Assembly (NCBI GenBank): GCA_040285855.1
Contig: JAUFOQ010000004.1
Span: forward strand, 1,612,001-1,676,000
DNA: 64,000 bases
Source: Eukaryota sp. GEM-RC1
Taxonomy: Eukaryota
Direction: 5' to 3'
The position numbers were made by a program, and so were the translations under genes. Below the pieces are notes generated by a model. The model saw only the letters and a list, made by a program, of their open reading frames with translations, ran no database searches and was not told the origin of the DNA. Each line of letters opens with the position of its first letter. Position 1 is the first letter of the stretch. Positions 25,501 to 40,110 of this stretch are shown here, piece by piece.

Positions 25501-28500
25501 TCAACTTTTTCACTAACTCTTTCTTATTTCAACAATCTAAGCCTAAAACACTTCATCTCTCTAACTTCTTCTTCAGCTTCCTTGTCAAATAGTTCTGTTA
25601 TTGAAGTGGAGTCTGCTCAATCACTAATCAATGCTGACGATTCTGTGATCACAATTCATTTGATTGAAGTTGAAGATGTAGTGTTGGAAACCTTTTTGCA
25701 TTAAACGATTCAAAGTTAAATCTAAACGCTGTTAGTTTCATATCTAATATCACTTTGCTTAAATCATTTTTGATTGGTGACAAGTCAGATGTTGTTTTCA
25801 GTAATGTGATCTTCTTTGAACTTACGACTGTCAATGATTTTCCATTAATTAATTTAAGTAATTCCGATTTCAATGGTGATCTTGTTTCTTTTGAGTTACT
25901 TAATTGTACTCTTTTCGAATTCATTTCCACTGAAGTTCAGCTTTCAAATATTTCATTTAAGAGTATTACTTCTCTTTCAATTGGTACTATTACTGATTCT
26001 TCTATAATCATTAGGTCTTCTATTTTTCCAAGGTAATTACTATTGATTTAGATATGATTGCATTTGTTAATTCTTCTGCAAGCTTTGACAGTGTTGAGTT
26101 TGATAACATTAGAGCTTTTGGTTTATTTACAGCAAACAATTCTTCACTTATTGCTGATTTGTTAACGCTTTCTTCTATTGATTCATTTTATCAATTCAAT
26201 TTATCAGCTTCTAGTTCTTTGTCAATGGAAAACTCACTGTTCTTATGTGTTTTCGCTGATGTTATATTCTATTTCAAAAATGCCAACTTGACTTTAATCA
26301 ATACGGAACTAATCAATATGACCACTCAATCAATTGTGATAACAGAAGCGGCCAATTTATACGTAAGTAACGTGGAAATTCTAGATACAGTTGTTACTGG
26401 TGTTTTCTCGAAAATACTGAAAACTTATGGGCAAATTCACAACATTACTGATCGAAATTCAGAATTTGTTGAGATGTTCCAAGTAATTCAATCACGTGTT
26501 GATCTCTATTCAATTAACTTTGGATCAACCAATTCCCTGACAACTTCTCTCTCTAATGTGTCTTTGAGTACAGTAAATGTTCATGATATCGATGTCAGTG
26601 GTCCTTTTATCAGTAATTTACCTCTAATTCAAGTTCTTAATTCCAATTTCACAATCTTCGAGTTCAATGCTAGTCATTTAACTACTACTCTTTTAAGTAG
26701 TTATTCTTCATTTACTCAATGGAATGATGTCATCATCGTCAATTCCACTGCGGATTTCCTAGTGTCAGTTGATTCTTCGCATAATAGTTTTTCAAATATT
26801 GATATTTCAATTTCAAATTTTAAAAATGATTCTTTCCTGGCAATTTCATCAACCGTCGTCTGTGACCAAATATATCTTGATTCTATTACAAGTCACAATG
26901 TATTTCTCTTTAAAGACTCTTCAGGTTTCATCGCTAACTCTGAATTACATCAAAGTAATTCTGATGAAAATTTGATACATTTAGTTGGTTCTACATTACA
27001 TATCGAAAACTTGACCACTTCGCATTTTGATGTAATGTATTTCATCAAACTAAATGAGTCTGATATTTACTGTAACATTGTTTTGTTATTAACATCACAA
27101 ATTGATTCTGTTGTCTTTTCTCAAAACTCTAACGGTTTATTGTCTCAGTTCTCTATTGATTCTACTAACATTAAGGAAGCTTTTACTGCTTTACACAAAT
27201 CTTCAATGCATTCCAACGATTTATGTATTGTCGATAGTTCTCTAACTATTTTGTTGACTCTTCTGAAAGTAATATTCAATTGAATCAAGTAAAATTGTTG
27301 AACATTTCTTTTGTTAATTCAACTTTGTCATCTCTTTTCTTCTTTTACAAGTCTATGGGTTTGCTATCCAACATTTATGCTGATGTTATCAATGTTCCAA
27401 TAATAATCTCTTCAGATAGCTGTGTTTCATGTCGACAAATTGAAATTGATTCTATGTTGTCTGATATTTCTATTTCCTTGAAATATTCAAATTTGACCCT
27501 TTTGGATTCTGGATTTCACCATGTGTCAGGTAGTTTTATCTATGGATTGAATTCTAAAATACTTCTTCAAGTTGTTACTGTTTCTGGACTACCTAAATAT
27601 CATGGACCATGTTCTGACAACAAATTTAATGATGAAAATTTTGATCTGATTCATATTTACTCCTCGAATTTTACTGCAATCAAAATTGTCGTTGATGGTG
27701 TCACATGTCAATACCTTTTACATTCGTCTAATTCTGCATTATCTCTTGAAACCAACGTTTTTACGAATTCAGTTCTGAATTCTGCTATTCAGTGTTTCAA
27801 TACAATTCTCCAGTCGGATGATTTAGTTTTTCAAAATTTGACGACACTCCATAATTGCGTGACCTTTTGAATTCCAGTTGCTATCTAAACTCCTGGTCCA
27901 TTCATGATATTAAGTCATTAAAGCTGATTGAAGTATTGAACTCTTCATTGTCTTTTTCAACACTTTCAATCACTAACTTTGATTGTCTTTCGATATTCAA
28001 TATTATTGACCATTCTGTTGTTAAGTTTGAAGATGTATATGTATATGACTGTAAGGCAGAGTCTTTAGAACCAGATGGTGAGTCATTTGTTACAATAGTT
28101 GATTCTCGAACTTCTTTCGATAATTTGAAATTCTCAAGATGCATTTCTCAATCAATTTTTAAATCTGATTTTAATGTCACAAACTCTGCTCTAACTTTAA
28201 CTAATTCATCGGAATTCCTGTTGTTGTCATCTTTATATGTTCAAAATTCATCACTATTATTCTCTTCTGGATATCCAATTATTTCAAAATTTGTTACAAT
28301 TAATCAAGAATCTGAAATACTTGGAACTGATTCAATACTAAGTCTTTCTGAACTGTCTTTCAATATTTCAATTTCTCCTACACAACACTGTTGTAACACT
28401 TCTTTTGCAGTGTTTCACTTAAATTTGATGACGTTCATTATCTTGAAGAATTGTTAGATTTATCAATCAATATTGAAAATGACTTTTATTATGACTTTCA

Positions 28501-31500
28501 ATTGAATTCTCTTGACTTCTTCTCAAGTGATATTGTCTCTTTCAGTGTATTAAGCAATTCGATTTACTTTAATTTATCGATTTCCGAAATGTTGTTTTCC
28601 TACCAATTGTTCATACCTATTTGTCCTGTTGAGTTTGTTAGTCTAGAACCTCCAACTAGAGGTGGATTTGTTCCACTGTTTGCTTTTAATCTTGGGTTAG
28701 ATCCTATTGTTATTCATCATTCAACTGCTTGGATCAATGAAGGTCTTGAGTTTTTTCAAGTAATCATGAAAGTGTAAAGATTGTCTTCTTTGAAGGTCAT
28801 GGTTGTCATGAAATGATGATATCTAGATCCACGGATTCTTCAATAATTTCATTTACTTACTGCTTCAAAAAGCCTGTCATTTCTTTTGTTTCTCCTTATC
28901 CATTCTTTCTAAACGGAGAGCTTTCATTCATTGGTAAAGATCTTTCAACGAGTTTTGACTATTCATCTTTAGTTTCTGAAATTGCTTCAACACGTGTGTC
29001 AAATCATTCTCATGAAGAAATTGTTCACTATATTCCTTACGTTTGTTCAGTTGAAAGTAACATTTTCAATGTTTATGTAATAATTGGAAATCAAACCAGT
29101 AATGTTTTTCAACTTCATTTAGCAGCTCCAAGACATGACTACTTTCCACTTGTACTTTCTCCCGCTGGAAATCTTTTGAGATTATTTGGAACAAATTTTG
29201 GCAAAATGTTCCAATGTTTCACAAATTCCACTATTCAAATGTCTGGTTATGCTTCCCAAATTGATACTATTATTGTTGATGAAATTTTAATTTCTACTGG
29301 TGAAATTGCTGGTCTTAGTCAATTTGTTACTGAAATTGATTTTACAACTGATATTTCTCTTTTGTTATATGTTCCCATTTCTTCTCTCCAAGCTCACAAT
29401 ACTTCTCTGGTTTGCTTTGTTAACCAGCACTGTGAAATATTTGTTTATAGTCTAAATGGGGAGGTTTCAATGGATGAATTTCAAATAACAGCAAGTATTC
29501 CAAATTCCATTGAAATTTTAAACTTCCAAGCAACTCCTTCTCTTGCTCACGTTGAGTTTATCTATACACTGCCTGGATACCCTGATGATTTAGAATTATG
29601 TAATGAAGTTGGTTGTTATCCTATCTTTAACTTACCTTTTATTGTCTTACCCAATTCAATTTCTCCTCGATTTATTCAGTGGTTTGAGTCTAGTTTTGTT
29701 CATGAAATTTCTCTCGAAGTTGAAGGAATTCATTTCTACGATTACTCAGCTATAGAAAGTAGTTTTATATTTGGAGAATTAACTTCTCAACTAGTTGCAG
29801 TTCAAGACAATTTCTTATTCTTTGAACTACAAGTAGTTTCAAACGGTTCGTTTACTAGTCTAGGAATAGATGCTTGTGATTCAATTTTCAACCTGAATTT
29901 ACAACTCAATGTCGATAATTATGTGTATATCCCCCCATTGATTCAAATTAATTCCCGAATCGAATTTCTTGTTTTAGAACCAATTTCAAATCTGTATATT
30001 TCACATGGAAGCCAAACAGTGTTGACGAGAATGGGATCAAATGTTTTTGATTTATACGATGATGATCCTTTCATCACGTTACATCAATCAACTCGATCAA
30101 TGATTGTCAGTTTAATTACAGATCTCGCTGAAGATCAATTGCCTCTCTATTATGAGATTGATCTTCATCATGCTTTCACAATAGACTTCAATCAAATTGA
30201 TTACTCTATTGATGTAGAGTGTGTAACAAATTGTGAAATATTAGACCAAAAGTCAGATCATGGGTCATTAAGTTTCACTTTCTTCAGTTTAAATCAAGGC
30301 GAATCTTCTTTTCTATTTTTAGTTCAATATTTGGAAACTGCTTTTTCATTTGAATTAACCCGTCAAGTTGTTTTTCCGCCGCTAATTTCATTCACTTCAC
30401 CTCTCGGCTTTTCAACCGTTTATGACGTGATTGTTAGTATTTCAGTTCTCACACACTGTCCACTGCTCTCTGATTTCAGTTGCAACAAGTCCGCTATTCC
30501 TTACGATCAAACTTCCTTGTCTCAGAATACCTTTTCAATGTTTCCGTTTTCATATTCATATTCGTTTAATGTTTCGTGGTTTAATTTTTCATTGGGTGAG
30601 AGTGAGTTGCAATGGACATGGAAACATATTGGATTTGAAAATCAAATTATTGGAATCATTACAATTTTTCACACCGACTTTACAAGCTCAGATCACGTCA
30701 GTGTTTATGAACATCGTGACATTCATGCTGACTTCAGTGGATTTCTTAGCTCTCAATTTAAGTGTGTTGTTGAGGATATGTTATTTAGTGCAACAATTTC
30801 AAATTCTACACTTTTGTGCGAAGGAATAATCATCTCCACTTTTCATGTCAATGTTCCAGTAAATGTTTACTTTGAAGACTTGTTTATCAACTCTTTTTCA
30901 GTCAGTGGGGAAGCCTTTCTAGAAGAAATTTGTTTCCTTTCCAATTCTCATCATCCTCTGATCCAAAATTCATATTTTATTTCAAATATTTATAATGATT
31001 TTGTTTTTGATGGATCGCGCTGCTGCAATGTTGACGTTTGTTATTGCTCTGATTTCTGGAAGTCTGGTCAAACTATATCAGTAAATTTCAATTCTTCTGT
31101 TGATATTTTTCACATTGTAACCACGACCAATGCAAGTTGTGAAGATTTTGATTTTGATCTTCCTTTTGAGCTCATTGTTAACAATTATCATGTTTCCCCT
31201 TCGTCGTCGTGCCTACAAATTCCCAGTGGATTTTCATTTGCTTCCAATGTGTGCAATAGATAATGTTTTTCAAGGAGTTCAAGAAATTAGTTTAATTCCT
31301 CGAAATGACGTGTTTCTTTTAGAGTTGGAATTTTACGGATATCAGTCATATACTTGTCTAACTCCTGTTGATATTAACAAAGGAATTACTTCATTAGGAG
31401 AAGAAATTGAAGAAACTGTTCATTTAAAAATGGACAATGAAACATTTTCTAATATTAAACAATTTAAGAGTTCCATCTCACAGTCATCTCATCTTATTTC

Positions 31501-33320
31501 ATCTTCACATCTCTCTTTCTCTTTGTATCTATTCTCACCTAATTGTTTCCATTCTCAAGTTCCTTTGTCCATTGTCTTTACTCCTGGTAAAGCTGTTGAA
31601 TTGGTCCTTGTTCAGAATGAACTCGAAATTAATTCTTGTTCCTTGAATATTTCAATTCCCATCATTTGTGTCGATCCGATTGGATTCATTGTGGAATGTT
31701 CCGGAAATGTGACAATCGTGGCTTCTACTTTTAATTTCACTTCCTATGAATTGTTATCAAACGAGCTCAATTTTTTTAATTACTTCTGTTTTAATTTTGA
31801 TCATCATCGTCTTGAACTTATGTTTTCAACGCAGTTGTCTGAATCACATCTTACATTTGTTCAACAGCATGCACAAATTTTGGAAGTCAACACATACGAT
31901 GTGTTGGATTGTTCTCACCAAATGTTATTTGACAAGTCATGTACTGTGTTAAGACCTTTTGTTCAATTCATAACTCAACAACAATTTTCAAATATTTCAG
32001 AAACCATTCCACTTTCTGAAATTGTCTTTTCTTCAACAAAGCATAATACAGACATAGTTGCCATTAATGATGTCGTTGAAATAGGTAGTTATCCACTGCA
32101 ATCTTTGTCTGTAACAGTTTCCTATTTCTCCCAATCAGTCACTCTCAAAATCAGTGCAAATGATTGCCCCTTTCCTAAATTGAATTTTGGACATGGCTGT
32201 TTATGCCCAAGAGGAATGGAATTTAATTCACTTGGTGAATGTGTGGAATGTGCTTTAAATTATTACTCAAATTCAGAGTTTAATTCAGAATGCAGGTCGT
32301 GTCCGATTCCCAGAATTACTCTTCAAAAAGGTTCTAGTGATCTTGACCATTGTATTTGTCCTTTAAATACTCTAGATTCTATAGATTCTTGTTTACCTTG
32401 TCCTCATTTAGCTGAATGTGGATATGGAAATTTGACTGGAATTGAACCTGGTTTTAGATTAAATACTGATACTTGGGACCTAGATGAGTGTGATATTTGG
32501 TTCAATTGTCACGCAAATTCTTGCAGATCACGTCATGCATATGGAGATTTGTGTCAATATTGTACTGAAGATGCTATTTCTACCAGGATTTTCTGTTTAG
32601 GAAAAGAACATTTACTGATCAAATTAATGTTACTGATGATCTTAATAGTGGTTATAGTTGCATCTGATCAGTCGATGTCTAAATGTCTAAATCTAAAACA
32701 AGGCCATCACAATGTTCTTCTATTGTCTGCATCAAAGAATTTCCGATATCATGAATTTAGATCAATTTCACGCTTCATCAATTATGTATTCACGACTTTA
32801 TTCACGGTTTCCATCATCACTACAAAATCCTCCAATACTGTTTTGGTATTTTTTGAATTTATTCTTTCAGCTTTCCGATTTGACTTACCTACCTATCTTT
32901 TTGTCCGTTTTTACTTTAATGATGTTTTCCTTTATTTCAGCTCATGTTATATTCAAGAAATTAAAACAATTTAAATATTATCACAGTGCATTCTTGACAA
33001 CTTCTGCTCTAATTTCGATTAATTTCATCTTTGGAACTCTACATCAACACTTTCTTGTTTCACCTCAATTGTTTATTGATTTTGTCACTGCAACAGTTCA
33101 CTCTTTATATGTTATTCTCGTGTTAATTCTCCAACGAAACACTTGTCATTTTGTTCCCCTGTTATTGTATATTCTAATGATCACGTCATCTTTTCTCACT
33201 TTGACATTACATTTAATTATTCAAACAATTTTAATATTGTTTTTGAGTATCAACGCTGCTTTTGTCGATCGATATGTCTTTACATTGTTGTCATTTATTA
33301 ATGTATTTTTTTGTGTTTAA
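13555..33320 (+). CDS. Giant (~6,500 aa) cell-surface protein: signal peptide, 4 ConA/LamG-like repeats, long pectin-lyase-like beta-helix, IPT/Ig-like region, GCC2/GCC3-type Cys-rich repeats, multi-pass TM C-terminus (many frameshifts)
   Basis: A chain of overlapping same-strand ORFs with uniform composition. Signal MIVRVLLLICSVLG; LamG motifs (ISVWL, WFHLVVT, IYVDG, FSGNIRAIQIF); two YIST.GVDDPCCG....PCAS blocks; CVECALNYYS..CRSCP..RIT..GS...CIC; hydrophobic helices at the end. Confidence 0.75.
13900..18830 (+). repeat. Four ~1.3-kb intragenic repeat units, each with a beta-rich spacer and a LamG-like domain
   Basis: (L/V)YYNW...DL(S/A)GNH-type...WKTD..GGYL recurs at ~14345, 15640, 16950 and 18245. 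Confidence 0.85.
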
Positions 33321-34633
33321 TGTGGTATTATTACACCCTGTAAATTAACTCACTAATGTCTCACTTCTATTCATGAAGATGATCATTATAACGTGTGTAA
33401 GATCTTCTTGTTGGTATTGTAGTCGTTTTAAATACACTCTTTTACTTGTATGTTCCAGTGAGAACTTGATATTGTTGTATGATGTTGAACTACAAAAGTG
33501 ATTGAATTACTCAACATTGATTTCTATAAGAATGATGTAAATGTGAACCTCATGAAACATGAAATACAGTTAGTGAAATGTAGTTAGCCTGGAGTTGTTA
33601 TTCAATGCGACCATAGGGATTGAATCTGTTATCATCCAAACGATCCCTGAACACCAAGACCCAGAAATTCCAGAAGCTGATGTGTTAGTTTATCAGAAAT
33701 CAAATACATTGTATTGATGTTTGCATTTAATATCTTTTAAGTACTAGTAGTTTGTAGTTCGTTAATTTATGACGTAATTTAATGCTTGAAATTTGTTCAA
33801 TAAATAGTAACGATCACGACGTAAATAAGCAACTGCAACAAAATCCAACCTATGAAACATTGAATTGACGTGATCAATTCCACCAGAAATGGTTTATCAA
33901 AGTGGCGAATTGGAATGAAGGGAGAAGATATCAAACAAACTAGAACATACAGTCTCAGTTCTTTCAGCTTACATTTCCTAGAAAAAAATCTTGTACTGAT
34001 TTGAAGTCAAAAGTGTAGATATTTGTGATTGCGTTTTGTGATAATCTGACAAAACCAGTCTGAGATAATTCTTGAGGAAGTGCTGTGATATTTGGTTCTA
34101 TTACTGAGTGAAATGACCGTCACGTTCATTCGAACATTGTCCTTTATGACACATTTATGTGTCCGTCTGTGTGTTGTTCGAATATACAAAAGATTGTTAT
34201 TAAAGCAAACCTCATCAAACATTTTGACGGTGTGGTTTTGATAGTTTGTCTTAGCTTGGTTGAGCAAAATATACCTATTTTCGCAAATCTTTTTACTAGA
34301 TTTGCTAAGTAGTGGTGCAGTAGCTGTTTTTACCAAGTTCACGATTATTTTTTTGAATAATCATCAATAAACAACGACAATACGACTAAGATGTTACAAT
34401 TTGTGGGTCTATACTTTTACCTAATGACGTCTACTTTCTGTGTGATCTCACAGATGATAAGTTATCGTTCTTCTATACATGACTCTGATGGAGATCAAAT
34501 TCATTGATATGTGCAAAACTTACATTATTGATTCCTTCTTTGAACTATTACTACCGTCAATGGATAAGCCAGACTTGTAAACAAGCATACGGCTTTAGCC
34601 AATGATATGCATATTTGATTTTCACAGCCTCTC

Positions 34634-37600
34634 TTGAACGTTTGTGTAAAGAGCCCTAAATATCAAGTAGAGGCGATCGAAAAACAATTAGACAACCTCG
34701 AAAGATACGCTACTGTGAACAGCTTCTTCCACAGAAAACCCACGGTAAATACCAACTCCGCGGATACCGTTCCTCTCTTGGTAGCCAACACCCCTTATGT
34801 GCCCGGTAGATTTGTTTTTGCAAGAAAGCCCCACGCACAGATCACCTCACATCCCAACGAACTTCCACATGACCACATGCTGGAAGAGGATCACACTGCT
34901 ACTAGAGTTGGAGTCTATCTGTCTCACCTGAACCGGTTACTCCAACTCAATCTAGCTCCAGCAGTCCAAACACTGACGTAATCACACCATGCTCAGTACT
35001 GAAATTCGCTGAACGGTTACCCACTGACTCCTCCAGTGATTTGAACAAGTTGATGAAACCGAAATCACTTCACAGTCTGGATGACGTGGACGTAATCCTT
35101 GATTGGATTGCCGATTACATGAGCTTCTGTACCGCCCAGAAGGACTATACACTACCAGCATCTGCACCACTCGGAGATCCCAAATACATCTTCGACATTG
35201 GAAGGATTGCTGTCAAAAAGCGGACACCCGCTGGGTCTCTCGACTTGTTGCTTACCCGGTTCAACAACAGATGAACTATCTAGGTACAGCAACGACTTCC
35301 AGTGATGAACTCTTCCGACAGATCATCTTAAGAACCCAGTTTAAAGACATCTTGACCGCAAGAAACAAACTAAACGAAGTTCAGATGAACTGGTCGATCC
35401 AAGATAATAATCATCAAAGCTCTTTTGACTATTATCGGTCTCGCATCCCTCTACCTAGAATTCTGGCCCAAATGGAAAGATTCCAAGGATTTACACGCCT
35501 TCTTTTCAAGCATCCTCGAACACTATTATCAATGGTGCAAGAAATGGACAAACGGTCCCACACATGTTCAACTCGAACAAAAGAACGTGGAAATTCTCAT
35601 GCACAGAGACAAGGATTCCTGGAACGACATTGCAAAAGCAATTCAACGCTCAGCATCCAAAATTTTCGCCCCAAGAAATTTGAAGTCTAAATCATCTTCA
35701 AAGAACCCTCACAATGCAGCCCCTCCTTTTAAAAAAGAAGCATCGCTCAAACTCATCTGATAGACCTCTTAAAGATGACAACTGCTGTAGCATCTGCGAC
35801 TCCCCGGATCACAAGATAAACCTTTGTAATCATCCTGACTGCCGTAGAAGCGAGCTCCCCGCGGATCAACGTCTTCCACGATCTGAGGCAAAGAAACCTC
35901 CCACTCGTAGTCATAGTTCGCGTAAAAACAATAAACATAGTAAATACTGCGTTCAATCGATAAATACCATTCACAATGATAACACATCATCGTCGGATTC
36001 ACATAATCCATACATAAACCCACTCCACAACATCAGCAATTCGAGTGGTACGAACTCACTAAGCCTGAATTCAATATTCAGCATAATCGATCACCAGAGT
36101 CCACCACCATTCCTCAGCGGCAGTCTGACCATCCATGGTGTTTCGATTCAGGGACTATGGGACAGTGGAGCATCAATGTCCGTAATCACACAAGACCTGG
36201 TCGATAGATGTTCAATGAAGTTCATTAACAAGAACGTCACATTCACATCTGCAAACAACGTCAGATCTCACTCACTGGGTAGCGCCCAAGGGATCTTGAC
36301 CTTCAAGTTCAGTAAGGTGACACACCTAACATCTGTGACGAAGACTTTACCTATCATCCCTGGATCCAACAAATGTTTGTTAGGTATTGATCTCATGAAG
36401 CAGTTAGGTTTACTGACTGAAGAGGGACTAATCATCCCGGTTCAACAGACTATATTAGCTCATAGCAACGACGAGTCAGAGTTCGACTCCAACATATCTA
36501 TGCCCAATAGCCTTTCTATTATAGACAATATAGATTTCAATAAGGTTGTTTATGATTCTGGCTGTTCAATCAAGTTAGATGACGATAATAGAACCAATCG
36601 TATACTGAACCTACTCAATGAGTTCTCAGTTATCTTAGATTCCGTTCCACACAAAGATGGCATCGATTGTCCCCCGATGACAATCGACTTCCACAACGAA
36701 GAGCCCACGGTGAAACGAAAACCTCGGAGGCTTAATCCAGGTAAACAAAGGATAGCCGAAGAAACTTTTCATGAACTAGTACGTCTGGGATACGCTGAGT
36801 ATACTGAACCCAACGGAAAATTCAGCTCCCCGGTAGTACTTGTGGTCTACTCCGATCAGACTAGACTTACTGGTGACTTCAGTGGTACTGGAGGAGTCAA
36901 CGAACTTACTAAGACTGTCGAACCGAATCTACCAAGAATCGCAGACATACAGGAATTCCTGAGTAAAGCTAATTACATAGCCACTCTCGACCTGCCAAAA
37001 GCATTTTGGCAACTGAATCTCGCTGATCACGAACGCGACAAGACAACTCTAGTCATCCATGGCCTAGCCATTCGATTTAAACGAGCTTGTTTTGGTTTAA
37101 AGAACGTACCTGCAATCTTTCAAAACTTGATGATGGATATTTTCGACCACGAAGGTTTATTCATTTACATCGATGACATCATCATAGTCGCTAAGACTTT
37201 TGATGAATACATATCTAGAATAAAATTCGTTCTTGATAGAGCTCAACTTTATAGAGTCAACCTTGGCTTACACAAGTGCAAGTTCATAACAAAGAATCAT
37301 CCTATAACTATCTTAGGTTGCGAATACATCGACAACACTCGTCGAATCGATTCACAACGTGTAGAAGCTCTGGTAAACATACCAACACCGACCACCATCG
37401 AAGAAGTTCGAAGTTTCGTCGGCTCTATCAACTACATTAAAGATTTCATAGCAGATGCATCTGACTTACTAGCTCCCATAATAGCACTAGAAAAGAACAA
37501 AGCACGAACAGTTCACTGGACACCTCAACTTCAATCAAATTTTGATGAGATCAAAAGAGTATAATCAATCACATGCCCCTATGTCTACCAGACAAAGACA

Positions 37601-39780
37601 GACGCACACTGATCAGCGCAGATGCCAGCGACTTCGCCGTAGGTGGTGTCGTCTGGTTGGAATGCACTCCTCATTCACCTGAGGGAACTCCACTGAACGA
37701 ACGCAAAGTAGTACCACTAGCATTCTACAGCAAACTACTCACTGACTCTCAACAGAACTGGTCCACAATCCAAAAGGAATTGTACGCCATTCTCCTGTTT
37801 CTAAGTGAATCCTAACTGTCGTCGTACCTCATCAGCAGGGAACTAACGATCTTCACTGATCATAAGAACCTCGCTTACTTAATCTCAGCACCTGAAAAGA
37901 ATAGGATGGTCAAAAGATGGATACCTATTCTCAGTGAATACCTATTCACTATAGTCCACACCAGTGGCGAAGACAACCAATGGGCTGACATGATGTCACG
38001 CAACGTTATCAAAGACGTACCAACAGGATCTATAATCAACATAGTCACAAACTGCCCAGAGCATTTGTTCTCTATAACCGATAGCCTATGTCCTACTGAT
38101 GAGGATACAGAATATCAAACTTTATCAACAGAGTCGATAAACATGATTGACGATGCTCTGATCAACAAATCGAAGTTATTCTACGCTTGGCTTTCGAAAG
38201 TACGCTCCACACAAGTAGAAGCCATCAAAAATAACGATCCATTGTTCCAACATCCGTCTACTTGGTTCAATGAAGAGTTCCAGCTATACATGAATAGCAA
38301 CAAGAAGATCTTGATACCAAGTGCCTTGGTGAAAACCACCTTGAACCACTTACACGGTTTTCCACATGCATGTCATTCTAGCATTAAAGATAGCATTGAT
38401 CGGCTAAAATCTAGTGACTACTTCTGGCCCAGCATGATCAATGACATGAACACTCACTGCAGGCAATGTCCAGCTTGTCGAAAGACAGCTCCTCTTGCCA
38501 AAATAACTATCAAATCTTCAGGTAATTTATGGTCCGACAAACCATTTGCAAAGATGAACGTCGACACTATAGGACCACTTCCCACTGACACATCGGGAAA
38601 CATTTACTTTCTAGTGTTCATAGATTCCTTTACCAGATTCACAATCCTATGTCCACTAAAGGAACTGAATGCTTATGAGACAGCATATTCGTTAGTGTGT
38701 AACGTTTGCGCCATCTTCGGTATTCCAGATCTCATTCACAGTGAATCGCGTTTTCAATGACGTCTGCAAACAATTTGACATCACAACTAATAGATCTATA
38801 CCTAGTTTGTCCCCTCGCAACGGTTTAGTTGAACGTCGACACAGAGACATTCTACAAGCTTTACGAAAGATGCTCATAGACTTCAATGACTATGACAACT
38901 GGAGTAAATACATTCCACTAGTACAACTGCTGGTAAACACTACGAAGAGTAGAGTAACCGGCTTTACACCGTACGAATTGATGTTTGGATCTAACACCAA
39001 CCCTGGCAGTGATCCAAGCAAAATCATCTCTTGTCTCACTCAGAACAAGATTTCAGAAGATTCCTTTCTAGCTGGTTACCAATCAAAATTAACAAGAATT
39101 TTGAAAAAACGGGAAGAAGCAGAAACCACCCAATCATCTATCAAATCTTCCATTACTACAGTTGATACACCCTCGCTATTTGCTATCGGGAACTTAGTAC
39201 TACGAAGTAACAAAGCTGCCAAGAAGCTTCATGGCAAACAAGAGGGACCGTACCTCGTCATTGATATACCTTCCAAAATCTCACTTGAACTGCAGAACTT
39301 TGTCACCGGGCATCGCTTCCGGTCCAGCATTCATCTATGCACCAAGTACCTTTCCGACAAACCCTCCTCGGATGAGTTCCAGAAAGCAGTAGCATCTTGT
39401 GACTCTGAAGGTATGGTCATCATCGAGATCCTTGATCAACGTGATTCACCTACAGGTCCCATATGCTCCGTCGTATGGTTTGACGGCGATACTACTGAGG
39501 AACCTCTAAGTCTGGTTAAGAACACTAAGGCTTACTCAAGTTTTATTAAACTAAATCCTCACGCCAAAACCAAATCTAAACCCAAAACTAAATCTAGATG
39601 TACGCGTAATAGAAAAGCGATCCCTAGTAAAACTCCTAATTCTGTCATTCACACTACTCCACCTGCCAAGAGGAGTAGGTCCTCGAGAAAGGAGAAGAAG
39701 TAATGTTAGTGTAATGACTCATCAGGACTCAATTGTATAATAAATTCGTTTTACTCTCTTACATGGTACCTAATACCAAC
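34634..39780 (+). mobile_element. Degenerate Ty3/Gypsy LTR retrotransposon (gag, PR, RT, RNase H, IN, chromodomain-like tail); 5' LTR not found
   Basis: CCHC knuckle CSICDSPDHKINLC; protease LWDSGAS; RT LDLPKAFWQ, FGLKNVP, YIDD; RNase H ADASD..KELYA..TDHKNL; integrase H-H-C-C, VDTIGP, NGLVERRH. PPT gagaaaggagaagaag followed by TGTTAG at 39704. Nonsense codons at ~37562 and ~37813. Confidence 0.9.
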
Positions 39781-40110
39781 ATAGTCATAGTCTATGTTTA
39801 CTACGTGAATCCGTAGTTATCTCAGAAATGATTCATTTACATTTGAATGCATACTTGTAAAATAGACGAGTTTTCATTTGAAAAATACAATAATACAAAA
39901 ATACATAAAATACAAACTAAAATACAATCATATCAGTCTGCTAATCTTGTACAACGAGCAGTCAACGATAACGGTGTAGTTTAACATTGTATTCGTTTCC
40001 ATTTCCTAACCCAAGGAAGGTGGTTAGTTTTTGCAGGTGGTTACAACGATGTCCAACAACAGTTCAAGGTTGATCTGAAATTCACTGATTCCAGTGTCAT
40101 TTATATTTGA

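Noticed and set aside
34380..34640. 5' LTR of Gypsy element 1
   Set aside because: No match to the sequence starting at 39704; the element appears 5'-truncated.
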